Assembly (NCBI RefSeq): GCF_006345805.1
Contig: NC_043016.1
Coordinates: 12,648,001-12,712,000, forward strand
From: Octopus sinensis
Taxonomy: Eukaryota
Reading direction: 5' to 3'
DNA: 64,000 bases
Part shown: in pieces, positions 1-13,041 of the stretch
Layout of the letters: each line of letters begins with the position of its first letter
How positions within the stretch are numbered: the first letter of the stretch is position 1
Translations under genes and position numbers: made by a program
Notes under the pieces: model-generated
What the model was told of the DNA's origin: nothing
What the model saw: only the letters and a program-made list of their open reading frames with translations
The model's database searches: none

Positions 1-57
1 GGTTGCATAACAAAATACAGTGTCTCTACCAGAAATGTATGTTTATGCATATATGCG

Positions 58-300
58 TATCATCATTTAACATCCGCTTTCCATGCTGGCATGGGTTGGA
101 CAGTTTGACTGAGGGCTGGCAAACCAGATGGCTGCACCAGGCTCCAATCTTGATCTAGCTGGAGTTTCTACAGCTGGATGCCCTTCCCAACACCAACCAC
201 TCCGAGAGTGTAGTGGATGTTTTTACATGCCACCGGCATGGGGGGCAGTACTGGCAAAAACCTCGCTCGAATCTTTTTACACATGCCACCAGCACAGGTC
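58..300 (-). mobile_element. RTE-LINE 3'-end / SINE-like repeat with (GAT)n tail (family C)
   Basis: Motif catcatcat-ttaacatccgctttccatgctggcatgggttgg...ggatgcccttcc recurs many times in the window. Confidence 0.8.
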
Positions 301-321
301 ATATGTATGTGTATATGTGCG

Positions 322-352
<31 letters not shown>

Positions 353-433
353 GATAATGATACATACACACACACCTATATATATATTTATACAGGTGTT
401 GCCAAAAGTTTGCAAAATAAAAAAAATTTTAAT

Positions 434-593
434 TATGCCCATGTACAATTCAATTCAAATATATAGAACATAGAGATATTCTTACCCAATAACTGATCGC
501 ATGGTTCAATATCCTTTAATTGAACCATTGGATCAGTTATTAGGTAATCATACCTGTGTTGTGTATATTTGAATCAAATTGTACTTGGGCATA
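434..593. repeat. Imperfect ~160-bp palindrome (MITE-like)
   Basis: tatgcccatgtacaattcaattcaaatata pairs with tatatttgaatcaaattgtacttgggcata, and ttacccaataactgatc..atggttcaat pairs with attgaaccat..gatcagttattaggtaa. Confidence 0.75.
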
Positions 594-1134
594 ACAATTT
601 GAATTTTTTTTTTTTTAATGTTCCAAGCTTTTAGCCACAACTGTTCGTATAAAAATATTTTATATGATTATCCAGTATTTTTTTTTTTTTTTGGTTGAAT
701 AAATTTTCAAGACCACTTGTTTACTATCTTCTTGGGGTCCATCAAACCAGGTGAACAATGGCCATGCTGGAAAGTTGCCATCCACTTTTATCTGTACTAA
801 ACATGAAAAGTACACATGAAAATATTTTAATTACTATTGATGTATTTTATAACTTTTTTAAAATCTTATTCAGCAATTGCATATTGATCATCTGAAAGAT
901 ATTGATCATTGTGTCTCCCATTTAACTGACGCTTAAGCGAAAATGTGCATAAGATTTGTCGAGCAGCTGGTTGGAGTAAATATATTTTATTAAAAACAAG
1001 AAAATAAAATCAATTGTAATAAGTTTAGGTAGCAGCTCTTCATAACATGCATTTGCTGATATTTCAGAAATCAACTGAAATTGGTTTTGCATGAGCATGC
1101 ATTTCTAAACCTTTTGTCCTTTTGTACAAGTGTG

Positions 1135-1202
<68 letters not shown>

Positions 1203-1203
1203 C

Positions 1204-1490
1204 GAAAGAAGGTTTGAAAATGCAATTTAAAAGATGTTTATTTACTTTACCGGTTTCACTCTTTGGAAAAAGATTGTCAAAAGTAACATGTAGAAGTTTG
1301 GTTGCGTTAATTATTGGTTGTTGCAAATTGCTACATTACATATATACAGTCTTTGGTGACAGGGACATGGCAACAACCAATGATTAACGCAACCAAACTT
1401 CTATATGTTACTTTTGACAATCTTTTTCCAAAGAGTGAAACCGGTAAAGTAAATAAGCATCTTTTAAATTGCATTTTCAAACCTTCTTTC
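1204..1490. repeat. Inverted repeat, 121-bp arms with 45-bp spacer, between (TA)n tracts
   Basis: 1204-1324 is the reverse complement of 1370-1490 with about 3 substitutions. This is also visible as twin ORFs on opposite strands in the track. Confidence 0.92.
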
Positions 1491-1533
1491 ATATATAATT
1501 CCACTTGTGCAGTACCCCACAACTCCACTTTGT

Positions 1534-1568
<35 letters not shown>

Positions 1569-2741
1569 TATATATATATTGATGTGTGTACAACGATGAA
1601 TTTCTGATAAGGTTTTCAGTTTTTCCCAAGCTGTGTTTGGTGTTTGTAGTAGTTATAACTTATTAGTAATTTAACTGTTTGGATTGAGTTCTTTGACACT
1701 ACTTTCTGTGAAGACCATTTAATTAGCACGCTGGTGGTTTGAAAAAAAAAATACTATATGATTAATGAAATTTAACAACTGTGCATTATGTTCATAAAGA
1801 AATATAAGGTTTATATATTTATTTATCATAATATCAAAATATTATGAGACATTTTGGTGCCAAGTAGAGAATGAACAGGCATTTAAACTGCCTATATCCA
1901 ACCAAAATATTCTGTCTGTTCTATGTTCAAAGTGACCAGTTGTAGCCTCTCATACCTACCCTACAATCTAATTCTAAATATATACAATCACATCATTAAA
2001 AATTTGAAGCTACCAGATGATATAGGATTGATTCAAAACAATGTAAATAAATTGACAGTAATCTGAACGCTAGAGATTTAACCTCCCATATGAGGCCTGA
2101 ATATTTTAGTTCTTGCATTTTCAAATCAATCATATCTGACCTCTCATACCTACCCTACAATGTCATTCTAAAAAATAATTACATCATTGAAATCTCTCAG
2201 CCACTAGATAATGCATGATTAATTCAAAAACAATGTGAAGAAATAAGGATTACATTTGACAGAGTAAAAAGGGACAGCACCTAGAAAGTGATGATGATAC
2301 TTCCATGCCAGAGACTTACATCTCTTTCTCAACCTGAACAGAAAAGGACTTTGGCCATGTACAAGAAACTGGTGATCACTGAGTTGTAGTAGTTGGTAGC
2401 TAGATCCACTGGCACTGTGTACCTTTTTCATTCCCTGTATCAAATATAAATCTGCCATGCCTGTCCTGTTGTCAGAAAGTGAAATGAGAAGGTTAAATAT
2501 AGGTGCATGCTGCAAAACATTACCTTTGATTATCTTCCATTTATGGTCTGTTGAAGTTTACACACACACACATGTATGTATTTCTGAAAGCTTTTGATGT
2601 AAAAACATTAGGTAAATAATATTATACATCTTGTCAGATTTAATGTTATGAAATTCTATATCTGTCTATCTTTAAGCTTTAGACAGAGCATTTAATTCAG
2701 TTTTATTTGTGTTTTAGACAGTAATGTTGTAGGTCAAGGAT

Positions 2742-3107
2742 AGGAGTGGCTGTGTGGTAAGTAGCTTGCTAACCAACCACATGGTTCCGGGTTCATCTTG
2801 GGCAAGTGTCTTCTGCTATAGCCCCGGGCCGACCAATGCCTTGTGAGTGGATTTGGTAGACGGAAACTGAAAGAAGCCTGTCGTATATATGTATATATAT
2901 GTGTGTATGTGTGTTTGTCCCCCTAGCATTGCTTGACAACTGATGCTGGTGTGTTTACGTCCCTGTCACTTAGCGGTTCAGCAAAAGAGACCGATAGAAT
3001 AAGTACTGGGCTTACAAAGAATAAGTCCTGGGGTCGATTTGCTCGACTAAAGGCGGTGCTCCAGCATGGCCACAGTCAAATGACAAACAAGTAAAAGAGT
3101 AAAAAGA
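2742..3107 (+). mobile_element. tRNA-derived SINE, family A (CORE-like; possibly octopus OR2-type)
   Basis: A box TGGCTGTGTGG, CTTGGGCAAGT core, internal (TA/TG)n and (AAAAGAGT)n tail. Has a small deletion near the B box. Confidence 0.85.
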
Positions 3108-5655
3108 AAGTAATACTGGCACTCTGTCAGTTATGACAACGAGGGTTCCAGTTCACCTGATCAACAGAACAACCTGCTTTTCCAATTACATTACTGAAAG
3201 TGTCATTTCTCGGGACATGAAACTGTCTTTTTTTTAAATTTTTTTCATACAAATCTTCTCTTTTTTTTTATATTGAAATATTGAAAATAAAATCATCCAT
3301 CATGATGTTATGCAAGGACCTGCTAAATAGTGTTCTAAAAACAAGCTAAATAGAAAGAAAACTACTTGTCTAAAGTCATCTAAATTTTTTATTATTTTTC
3401 TCAAATTAAACTAAACACAGGCAGTGTTTTTATTTGGAAACCTGGTTACAAAAGAGTTAACACCTGCACTACCCATTATTAGTGAAGTCCATTCAGCAGG
3501 CAAAAATGATTTCCACCTGTAATTCAGTGTCGCACAATCTCCCTGAGAACTACGTTGAGAGTATACGTGTCTATGGAGTGCTCAGCCACTTTCATGTTAA
3601 TTTCACAAGCAGGTTGTTCTGTTGATCAGCTCAACTGGAACCCTCGTTGTCATAACTGACAGAGTGCCAGTATATAAGAAGACTATCATACAACAGTATC
3701 CTTGACCTACAACTTTACTGTCTAAAACACAAGTAAAACTGAGAAGTTTTATTTGAAGTCAAACTGGTCGGTTAAGCTTATAACCTTAAGGAATATAAGA
3801 GAAATTTTAAAAAGGATTTGTTTTTGTTTTTTTTCCTAACTGTGTATTGATCTTACTGAATGTGTAATGTGAATACGAACAAACAAGCTGAAGTAGGTTG
3901 AAGGAGATTTGTGTTCTGAGCTAAGATTTATAATACTTGTGAAATATTAGGGTAGCTGATAAGAGAATATTCTGTAATGAAATTCAATCCATGTAACTGG
4001 AAAAAAAAGCAAAATTTGCTGATAACGTTAGCATTTTAGGATTTATTATTATATCAATTTATCTTGTCTCGACTTACTTAGGTTTGCCTTTTAAAAAATC
4101 TTTTTGCTCTATTTCAAGAACTGATTCTTTAATCTGGATAGTAATAATTTTTAATGTGGACACAAGGTCAAACCATTCGAAGGGGCAGTTACTTGATTGC
4201 AGTGGCAGCTCATAGATAAAATTAGTGGGGGTGCTGCTTCAGAAAATTTTTAGCCGTAGTTTTTATATTGTGTCAAAGGAAAGAAACATATAAAAAGAAA
4301 ATTTATATATAAACTTGATCAGTTCACGTTTTAGCCACTGCCAGGTAGTGTGTTTAATTTGTTCACTGAACACCGCCACGAATACCCCCTTGTTTTTCAA
4401 AAATCACCCCTAGATCATAAAATAAGGGGTGAGGGAATGTTCCCTATTTTTCAAATCCTAGCAGCAACACTGAAGCTGGAATCAGGATAATAATTTAATT
4501 CTACACTTTATCCCATTCAAGAATATAAACACATTTTAAGCACAACACACACACAGTCAAAAAGAAACACTACCTTTCACCCGGCACTGTCGTTCATGCA
4601 GTGCTCCCTCTCCCTAGTGTGAAGCTTCCTATCTCAGATATGAGCATGTACACAGTCAAAGACTGTGTTGCTGGAACTGTTAAGTGCACAATTCTATACA
4701 AGGATTTTTGTGTTTTTTTTTCATAAACTAGGGGAGGGCTACTGACATTAAGCTTATGGATTATATAATCATCATCATCATAATGTACAAGTATAAAGAA
4801 AGAATTAAAGAAAAAAAGAACTCATTATATTGAATGTTGTCGATAAGTATTTTAATGAATACAAGGCATCTTTCTGATGTTTTAAGGATTCTGTCAATTC
4901 TTATATGTGTGGCGGCATTCACCTGAGTTGCATTGAGCTGACTCTGACCAACAATATGTCTTGTAGTTCATGATCAGAGTTTCAGTGTGAATACAAGTTT
5001 ACATTGTGGTCACATGTCTACAAACTTTGGAATAGTGTGATCCATAGCAGCTCATCTTGCTGCCATGTGTCAGCCATCTCTGGGGGATTTGCTGACCAAT
5101 TTACTGCCAATTTCAGAGCAGATGTAGTCTGGGTTTGAAGTGGGTCCTAGAACTATGGGGTACCTCACTCCCATTGGTATTCTAGCATGCTGGACACCAA
5201 CCTGGAATTTCTGAAGGTCCATGCTATTGCTAGATTGTCGTCGAGCCTGCACTAGGTTCATCTGTTTTTTGACAGGTTTTACTTTTAGTTTTGTTGGGTT
5301 TCTAGCAACCTTCCTCATCAGGCTTGCCTAGTAGGAGTGTTGGTTTAAGTTGCCAACGACTCGACCATGCAACAGATTGTATTGGATTTCATGAATTCTG
5401 CCAAATTATCACCTTTAAAAGAAAGATGATGATAATTAATAGACTTGTAATTATAATGACAGAAAATAAGCTTTAAAAATATCATCTCTGAATACGGAGC
5501 ACTAAATGATACGACAGTTGAATAGCCAAGTCAGCTTATTCTTCTATTGCTGTATATTGTTTTTTTACTGATAGCTTATTATTGTCATATACTTAAGATT
5601 TTTCCCCTCTCCCTAATTTGAAAATTCTAGGAGAGATGAAAACACTTTATTATAA

Positions 5656-6030
5656 ACTAGCAGTATCGCCTGGCGTTGCTCGGGTTTGTAAGAGAAATAA
5701 CTATATAAGCATTTTTAGAAATGTAAAGTATAATAGCCATCTCAATATGGTTAACCACAAAGTGGGGGTGTTACTGTAGCTTTTTACGTTCTGAGATTTA
5801 ACAATATATAATAGCAAAAAAATGCATTAAAAATGGGAAAAAAATTATGGTAAATTTTTTTTTTTAATCGTAGAGTCATCGTAGACGCGCGCTAATACCC
5901 AGAAGGGCTTGATATGAATCACGACTATAAGATACCCGGTTTTGGTTAAACTGCACCGCAAAATGTGGGAGTAGTTAGGAATCTAAATCGTAGGAGACAG
6001 ACACACAACTTCACTTTTATATATAAAGAT
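5656..6030 (+). mobile_element. Non-autonomous Helitron-like (Lep1-type) element
   Basis: Starts ACTAGCAGTATCGCC(T/C)GGCGTTGCTCGGG and ends acacacaacttcacttttatatataaagat. A related copy with the same termini is at 20538-20923. Confidence 0.6.
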
Positions 6031-6400
6031 ATGTATGTATTCTTTTTCTCTCTTGTGTGTATGTGACAGGAATGTAAAACTGAAAGGCACACTATGTGAA
6101 GATTTAATGCTAAGTGGATAAATTCTCTGATTGCTCATGTCTGCTACATCAGCTTCTTATTCTTGGTCCATATTTGAAGAAGCATTTCATTGTGTCTACT
6201 GGCAGGACACTGAATTTTATGATGCTAGAAATGGGCAGCACATCTTTGGAAATGTTATGTTGTAATAAGAATGGTGTCCTGTTTTATGTGTTTAGTTTGG
6301 GGGCTAAACATCTACTTCATTTCTTCTTGTGCTGATCCTTATCATTTGGTGTATGCATGCAATGAGAGATACAGTGAATATTTTTTTTTTTTCTTCTTAA

Positions 6401-6582
6401 CCCTTTAGCATATCCAGTCCAAATATTCCACTTTTGCATGTTGTAACTGACCTGATCTAGCCTCTCACACTTACCTGACAATATCATTGAAATCTCATAG
6501 CTACAAGATAAAGCATGATTAATTCAAAACAATGTGAATAAATAAGCATCACATTTGACAGAAAAATGTGAATGCTTAAGAG
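6401..6582 (+). mobile_element. piggyBac-type MITE, family P2
   Basis: TTAA-CCCTTTAGCA...TGCTTAAGAG-TTAA. Related copies are at 14538-14754, 22546-22765 and 56226-56447, with degenerate copies at ~1880-2270. Confidence 0.7.
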
Positions 6583-6641
6583 TTAAACTGATATCTTGCT
6601 GGAATGTTCAAGACTTTGATTAAACAAAATTTCACTCAAAT

Positions 6642-6704
<63 letters not shown>

Positions 6705-6721
6705 TATATATATAACACACA

Positions 6722-6768
<47 letters not shown>

Positions 6769-6999
6769 AATTAGAGAAGAACCACCATGAAGCAATTCAA
6801 CTATGATATACTTAATCATACCATATAGAAAAAAATTAAAGATACGATAAAACATTTACCTAAAACTAAATATATATAGACATATATAATATATTGTGAA
6901 ATTTGATTTAGTATTACTAAATTAAATTTTTTCCTGTAAGTTTGGAATCATATTCCCTAATATTATTATCATTATATATATATATATATATGATGATGG

Positions 7000-7290
7000 G
7001 TGATGGACTCTCACGTTGTTAGACAACATATGAGGGTTCAACAATTTCTTGCTGAACAACCACACAGGTGATTTGTTTATAGTGATCAAATGTTTGTGTT
7101 GACATAAGCTCACTCCCTCCATCAAATCGACATTACCTGTACAGGTGCAACAGGTGTCAGATGACTAAATGATCACAGAGCAACGTGAAATGGAGTGCTT
7201 TGCTCAAGAATGCAACGCTAGGTCTGGGAATTGAACCCATGATCTCGCAATTATGATTGCAACACCTTAACCACTATGCCATATGCTTTC
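7000..7290 (-). mobile_element. tRNA-derived SINE, family E
   Basis: The minus-strand head has A/B-box-like sequence followed by CTTGAGCAAAGCAC. A related copy is at 40295-40590. Confidence 0.6.
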
Positions 7291-7308
7291 ACACACACAC
7301 ACACACAC

Positions 7309-7384
<76 letters not shown>

Positions 7385-7429
7385 CGAAATCGAATTGAAC
7401 CAGCCAGGATCCCTGGTCTGGTGGTACGA

Positions 7430-7737
7430 AAAAGCACTATCCGACTCGTGGCCGATGCCAGCACCGCCTCGACTGGCTTCCGTGCCGGTGGCACATAAAA
7501 TACACCAATCCGACCGTGGCCGTTGCCAGCCTCGCCTGGCACCTGTGCAGGTGGCACGTAAAAAGCACCCACTACACTCACGGAGTGGTTGGCGTTAGGA
7601 AGGGCATCCAGCTGTAGAAACATTGCCAGATTAGACTGGAGCCTGGTGCAGCCTTCTGGCTTCCCAGAACCCCAGTCGAACCATCCAACCCATGCTAGCA
7701 TGGAGAACGGACGTTAAACGATGATGATGATGATGAT
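7430..7737 (+). mobile_element. Family C RTE 3'-end copy
   Basis: Ends ggacgttaaacgatgatgatgatg and contains ggcgttaggaagggcatccagctgtagaaa. Confidence 0.85.
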
Positions 7738-7834
7738 ATATATATATTTATTGTGTGTGTGTTTTGAGTGTGATATGAAAAGATGTGCAAAACGTGCTCA
7801 ATACATACAGCAAAGTTTATATCATAAGTTACTT

Positions 7835-8310
7835 CATCATTGTTTAACATCCGTTTTCCATGCTAGCATGGGTTGGATGGTTTGACTAGGGTCTGGGAAG
7901 CCAGGAGGATGCGCCAGGCTCCAGTCTGATCTGGCAGTGTTTCTACAGCTGGATGCCCTTCCTAATGCCAATCACTCCATGAGTGTAGTGGGTGTTTTTT
8001 ATGTACCACCAACACAGGGGCCAGAGGAGGCTGGCAAACGGCTACGATCAGTTGGTGCTTTTTATGTGTCACCGACACGGATGCCAGTCAGGCAGCGTTG
8101 ATATCGGCCATGTTTGGATGTTGCTTTTTAAGTGCCACCGGCACGGGTATCACAACTTCAATTTCCATTTGATTTTGATGTACTTGACTCAGTAGGTCTC
8201 CTCAAGCACAGCAGGTCACCCTACGATCCAAGGTTAGCACAGCAGGCCATCCTGCGAGCCATGAACTCACTTCATTTGTTGGGTCTTCGCAGTCACAGCG
8301 TATCTCAGAG
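7835..8310 (-). mobile_element. 5'-truncated RTE LINE 3' end (family C)
   Basis: Colinear with 51085-51580 and extends into the last codons of the RTE ORF. Confidence 0.85.
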
Positions 8311-8516
8311 GTATCTGAGAAAATGCTTTGATCACAGTTTCTTCATGCTTATTTTTGTAAAGTGTGTGTGATTGATTTATCTGCAATTTGTGTGAGAGTA
8401 TGGTTTAATAAATGCATTTGTCACCATTCTTCCAACAAACTCAAACCCATTCAAATTGCAATAAGTTAGTTAAACCAGGGTGAAAAGAAACAACTGAAGT
8501 TAATTCAGGTTTAAAT

Positions 8517-8554
<38 letters not shown>

Positions 8555-8632
8555 GGTCTACTTGGTATCTGAGTTTGCCATCAAGTGAATTTGTGTTGTT
8601 TACATAAGTAAAGTAATAATATTTGTAGAAAA

Positions 8633-8824
8633 GCTTAGCGGTATTTTGCCTGCCGCTACATTCTGAGTTCAAATTCCACCGAGGTCGACTTAGCCTTTCA
8701 TCCTTTCGGGGTCGATTAAATAAGTACCAGTTATGCACTGGGGTCGACGTAATCGACTTAATCCCTTTGTCTGTCCTTGTTTGTCTCCTCTATGTTTAGC
8801 CCCTTGTGGGCAATAAAGAAATAA
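8633..8824 (+). mobile_element. tRNA-related SINE, family B
   Basis: B box GAGTTCAAATTCC, central GCCTTTCATCCTTTCGGGGTCGAT..AAGTACCAG, and end gccccttgtgggcaataaagaaata. Confidence 0.85.
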
Positions 8825-9628
8825 GTAAAGCTGTGATAGCCATTTTAAAAACAAACACACACACACACACATTGCTATATCCACTTTATTTTATTTTGTA
8901 AAAGTACTTTGTGTCAGTCTTTTCTTGTCTTTAAATCTATAACCTTGGTCAGTGGAAAATGTATTCCTTTGTATCCGATGTGTTACAGTGGAATAACAAG
9001 AACAGCCAAGTGGTAGATAAAGGCCAAAAGGCTTTGATAATGGCTTTGTTTTTTATGGTGATGGTGTTTCGTTTAGAGCACATGATCTCACATCAAATCT
9101 GTTGCCAAACAAGTACAGTATTAGTGACATTTTCCCCCACATCTTGCTCACTTCCAACTATTACAATCTTAATTTTATGTCATGTTGCATAGATTTCTTT
9201 CCAGCTTTCAATTATTATTATTATCATTATTATTATCAATAATAATAATAATAACAATTATCATTGTTAATGATAATTATAATAAAAATTATCATTATTA
9301 ATGATAATAATAATAATAATTTGTTTATTGAAGTACTGATTTAACTTTTGTTTTTTTTTTGTTGTTTTTTTTCTGGTGGTTGGGGCAAATTAAATTTTTC
9401 TGCATATTTCATTTGTTGTTCCCTTCATCTTTGTCTATTAGCCTACTAACAATTTTTCCCCCTCAGGCATATTAATCTTATCTCATAGTTTTTAACATTT
9501 GTTTGTTTGTTCTTGTTTTGTTTCTTTGATAGATTTCTTTCAGTAGTTTTTGTTTGTTTGTTTTATTTTTTTCAGGTGATTTCTTTCCAGTTTCTTTTAA
9601 AATTAGTCTTTATTTTTGTACATTTTAG

Positions 9629-9757
9629 GAGTGTTTGCGAAGCTAAATATGGAGCAGCTCCCAATGTCCGTTTGAATGGCCATCTGAATGTAACATTTCC
9701 ATATATAGCACCTCCGCTTGATTACATTTTAGGTGAAATTCTGAAGAATTCCATGAG
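9629..9757 (+). CDS. BCKDK: BCKDK internal coding exon (129 bp), N-box of the GHKL-type kinase domain
   Basis: Acceptor ttttAG ends at 9628 and donor GTAAGG starts at 9758. Translates (R)[42 protein letters not shown](R), matching recalled BCKDK [42 protein letters not shown]. Phase-2 joins. Confidence 0.96.
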
Positions 9758-10288
9758 GTAAGGTTTTGTTTTGGTCATTTTTCTGTGTATTTATCTCATG
9801 TCCCGTTTTTCCCTGTTGTATAGGGTTGGACTGATTTACAAATTTTGTACCAGCTTATCTAGCCCCCCCCCCCCTCTCGATCATACCTCATCATTTCATC
9901 TTGTAAACCTGTATATCATTTCTCAGTGGTTTATTACATCTCATGTTTTCTTTTGAATTATTCTTTCAGCTAGTTATTGAGATGTTCTTGCAACTCATGA
10001 TTTCTGTATAATTATGTGGTTAGTGTCATTGCTGCTATGGTTGTTGTTGTTTTTGTTTTTTTATATTTAGCCAATTTGCTGTAATTAAATAGAGGAGTAT
10101 TTTTTTTAAAAAATGAAAGGTAGGTAATCATACTCCAAACTTTACTTGTTAAGACATTTTAGTTTAATTATAATTCAGACCAGACTACCCAGAATAAAAG
10201 AGTTACTTATTCAAGTTAGCTAACTCTATCTTGTCTTGCTGATACATTTACACTGATAGAGACAAATCCAATCAATTCACATGCTTAA

Positions 10289-10509
10289 CCCTTTTGATAC
10301 CAACCCACACAAAACCGGCTCTGGCTCTGTAGTATTAATGTCTTGTTTTCATAAGTTTTGAATTAAAATCTTCCACCAAACCTTAGTTGCAATTTATGTT
10401 CCTAACACTAGCTGAATGATAATTAAGTTATTTTACTAGATTCTTTGTTATATTTAAAATAATTGAAAGAAACACAGAGCATCTCAAAATAAATACAGTA
10501 ACGAAAGGG
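10289..10509 (+). mobile_element. piggyBac-type MITE, family P1
   Basis: TTAA-CCCTTTTGATAC...GTAACGAAAGGG-TTAA. Near-identical to 12573-12788. Confidence 0.85.
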
Positions 10510-10995
10510 TTAATAAGTTTAGTTGTCTTTCTTACTGTATCAGTTATTATATTTTACATGCAACTTGCAGTGCAGGACATCCCTGCATCAGCTGTCAGTG
10601 ACAGGTCTTTGTTGTTTCAGCACTTTCCATGGTGGTGTTTGTTTCTCTGTCAGTACAGAGCAGCATTGATCTTACCAAAGACTGAATATAATCAAATACC
10701 ATTAGTATTATAATGATAATGACTTAAATTACTTGTGTCAGTCTTCTACAGCAGGGTTTGGGCTTAGCAATTTGTCGCTTCCATTATTCAACAAAAATTC
10801 TATGACATACTTTTTCATATCTCTGTATTTGAATCTTTTTTGTTTCTTATTGATAAATTAAGTACTAGGTTTTTTTTCTCTGGTTGATTTAACTGACTAC
10901 ACTTCTTTACTATATATTTCTGGCCTTGTGGCAATTTAGATTAAAAAACAGAAATCATTGTAGTTATATAATCTTTTATATGTTTATTTTTATAG

Positions 10996-11085
10996 AGCAA
11001 CTGTGGAAAGTCACTTAGATAATTTGAATCATCTCCCTGACATTGTCGTGACCATTTCTAATAATGATGTAGATTTTGTTATCAG
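10996..11085 (+). CDS. BCKDK: BCKDK internal coding exon (90 bp)
   Basis: Acceptor tttatAG and donor GTTAGT. Translates [29 protein letters not shown](R), matching recalled BCKDK [30 protein letters not shown]. In frame with both neighbours. Confidence 0.96.
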
Positions 11086-11105
11086 GTTAGTGACTTAAAT
11101 GCATA

Positions 11106-11137
<32 letters not shown>

Positions 11138-11204
11138 AACGTATATCACACTATCCCATCATCTTTTAGTTGTTTCCTTCTAATTGTTGCTTTTCAATTT
11201 TCAG

Positions 11205-11369
11205 AGTCTCTGATAGGGGAGGTGGCATTCTTCATTCCATTGTCAAGAAAGTGTTTGAATACAGTTTTACAACCAGTGGCAATATAACAGATGACCGAGT
11301 TGATGGTGGTTTATTTGGTACTATAACTCAGTCAGATTACACTGGTCCTGCTCCAGGTTCAATGCATGG
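11205..11369 (+). CDS. BCKDK: BCKDK internal coding exon (165 bp), G1 box
   Basis: Acceptor ttttcAG and donor GTGAGT. Translates VSDRGGGILHSIVKKVFEYSFTTSGNITDDRVDGGLFGTITQSDYTGPAPGSMH(G), including the DxGxG ATP-binding motif. Confidence 0.97.
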
Positions 11370-12572
11370 GTGAGTGCATGTTATATTTATTATATATTTA
11401 TTATAGAAAATGATAGGATGTAGAAAGCAGCAGGCTGGCAACTTGCTCAACTGTAAACAGTATGATTGACTATAGCAAAGTAGTAATAATAAATCTTTTT
11501 TTTTTATATAACATATTACAGCCTGTAAACTTATGAGATAGTCTCTTGCTGAAGTCAGTCCACTGCTGGACTAGAAGTATTTCTGCAAACTTGCTTGATG
11601 ATGCAGTTCTGACTTATTTACAGTGTTTATCTGTGCTGGTATTTAAAACATTTTTAAAATGAAATTTTATGTGTACTAAAAGCATGTTTATATACTTAAT
11701 AGATTTAAACTATTAACATGTTTAAACATTATTTGAGTTTATAATATTGAATTTTCTGTATGTGACAATGACATTGCTGTGAATATTTTTATTTGCAATC
11801 TGAGAAATTCTAATTTACTTCCAATATAGGCGTCAAATTGATAGTTATCGTGCTGGATGGAGAGCTTAATAGTAGTCACCTTTGTCGTCTTTTGTCTGTT
11901 TTTGGTAAAAGTGTACCAACAGCAAGTCAATGGATTGGTAGAACTGAAAGATTGCCAAGCTTGATGTTTTGTTGTATTTGTTCTGGCTTTTTTGCATTCT
12001 GAGTTCAAATCTTGCTATGGCCTACTCAGGTGTAGACTTAACCCTTAGTTTTGTTAAACACCATCTCCTGATACCTTAAGTGCCTTTAACTGAACTTATT
12101 CTATTGCAAGCATCCAGGTTGAGCTTCCGGTTTGAGGATACCTTCTATTCACTTCTTCCACCAGTCTTGAAGGCCATGTTACACATCTTGGTTGCTGCTT
12201 TCCCTCTTTACTAAAAGATTAAGAAATAGAGAGAGGGAGAATTACCTCAAAATATTTTGAAGAAATTGGCTTATAGGCTCTTACTGAAAGTAGTTTAGAA
12301 CTGAGTAAAAAGCACTAGTGCTGGTGCCATGTAAAAAGCACCCAGTACACTGTAAAATGGTTGGCATTAGGAAGGAAATCCAGTTGTAGAAATCAAGCCA
12401 AAACAGACAATTAGAGTCTGGTGTGCAGCTCTCCAGCTTACCATTTTCTGTCAAATTGTCCAACCTATGCCAGCATAGAAAATGGATGTTAAATTATGAT
12501 ATTGATAATGATGATATCAGTCCAGTCGTGTAGTTAAGTTATTGGACAGAAATTGCTAAATAGTTACCTTAA

Positions 12573-12788
12573 CCCTTTCGTTACCAACCCGGCTGAAACC
12601 GGCTCTGTAGTACAAATGTTTTGTTTTCATAAGTTTTGAATTAAAATTTTCCACTAAACATTAGTCACAAGTTATGTTCCTAACACTAGCTTGATGATAA
12701 CTTAAGTTATTTTACTAAATTCTTTGTTATATTTAAAACGATTGAAAGAAACTCAGAGCATCTCAAAATAAATACGGTAACGAAAGGG
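12573..12788 (+). mobile_element. piggyBac-type MITE, family P1 (in last BCKDK intron)
   Basis: Perfect TIR CCCTTTCGTTAC/GTAACGAAAGGG with TTAA on both sides. Confidence 0.9.
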
Positions 12789-13041
12789 TTAATAGATTTT
12801 TAATAAATGATTCGGTATTTATATTATGTTGCTAACATAATGTTTCGTTGTGTCTTTGGGTATGGTAACTTGTTGCAATCAGCAGTCTGGTAATACTTGC
12901 CAAAAATTGATACTTGTACATTGCACATAATTTGAATCAGACATGTTCAACAGCTTTTATCTTGGACAGCTGATTCAAATCTTCAAAAAATATTCATTTT
13001 AAATAAACAAGGCATGTTATACTATGTACATTCTTTTACAG

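Noticed and set aside
874-975. Possible upstream BCKDK exon after ttattcAG
   Set aside because: No similarity to the expected preceding BCKDK segment in the frame examined, which also has a stop.
5070-5318. 82-aa non-repetitive ORF
   Set aside because: No recognisable homology or splice context. Possibly a decayed TE.
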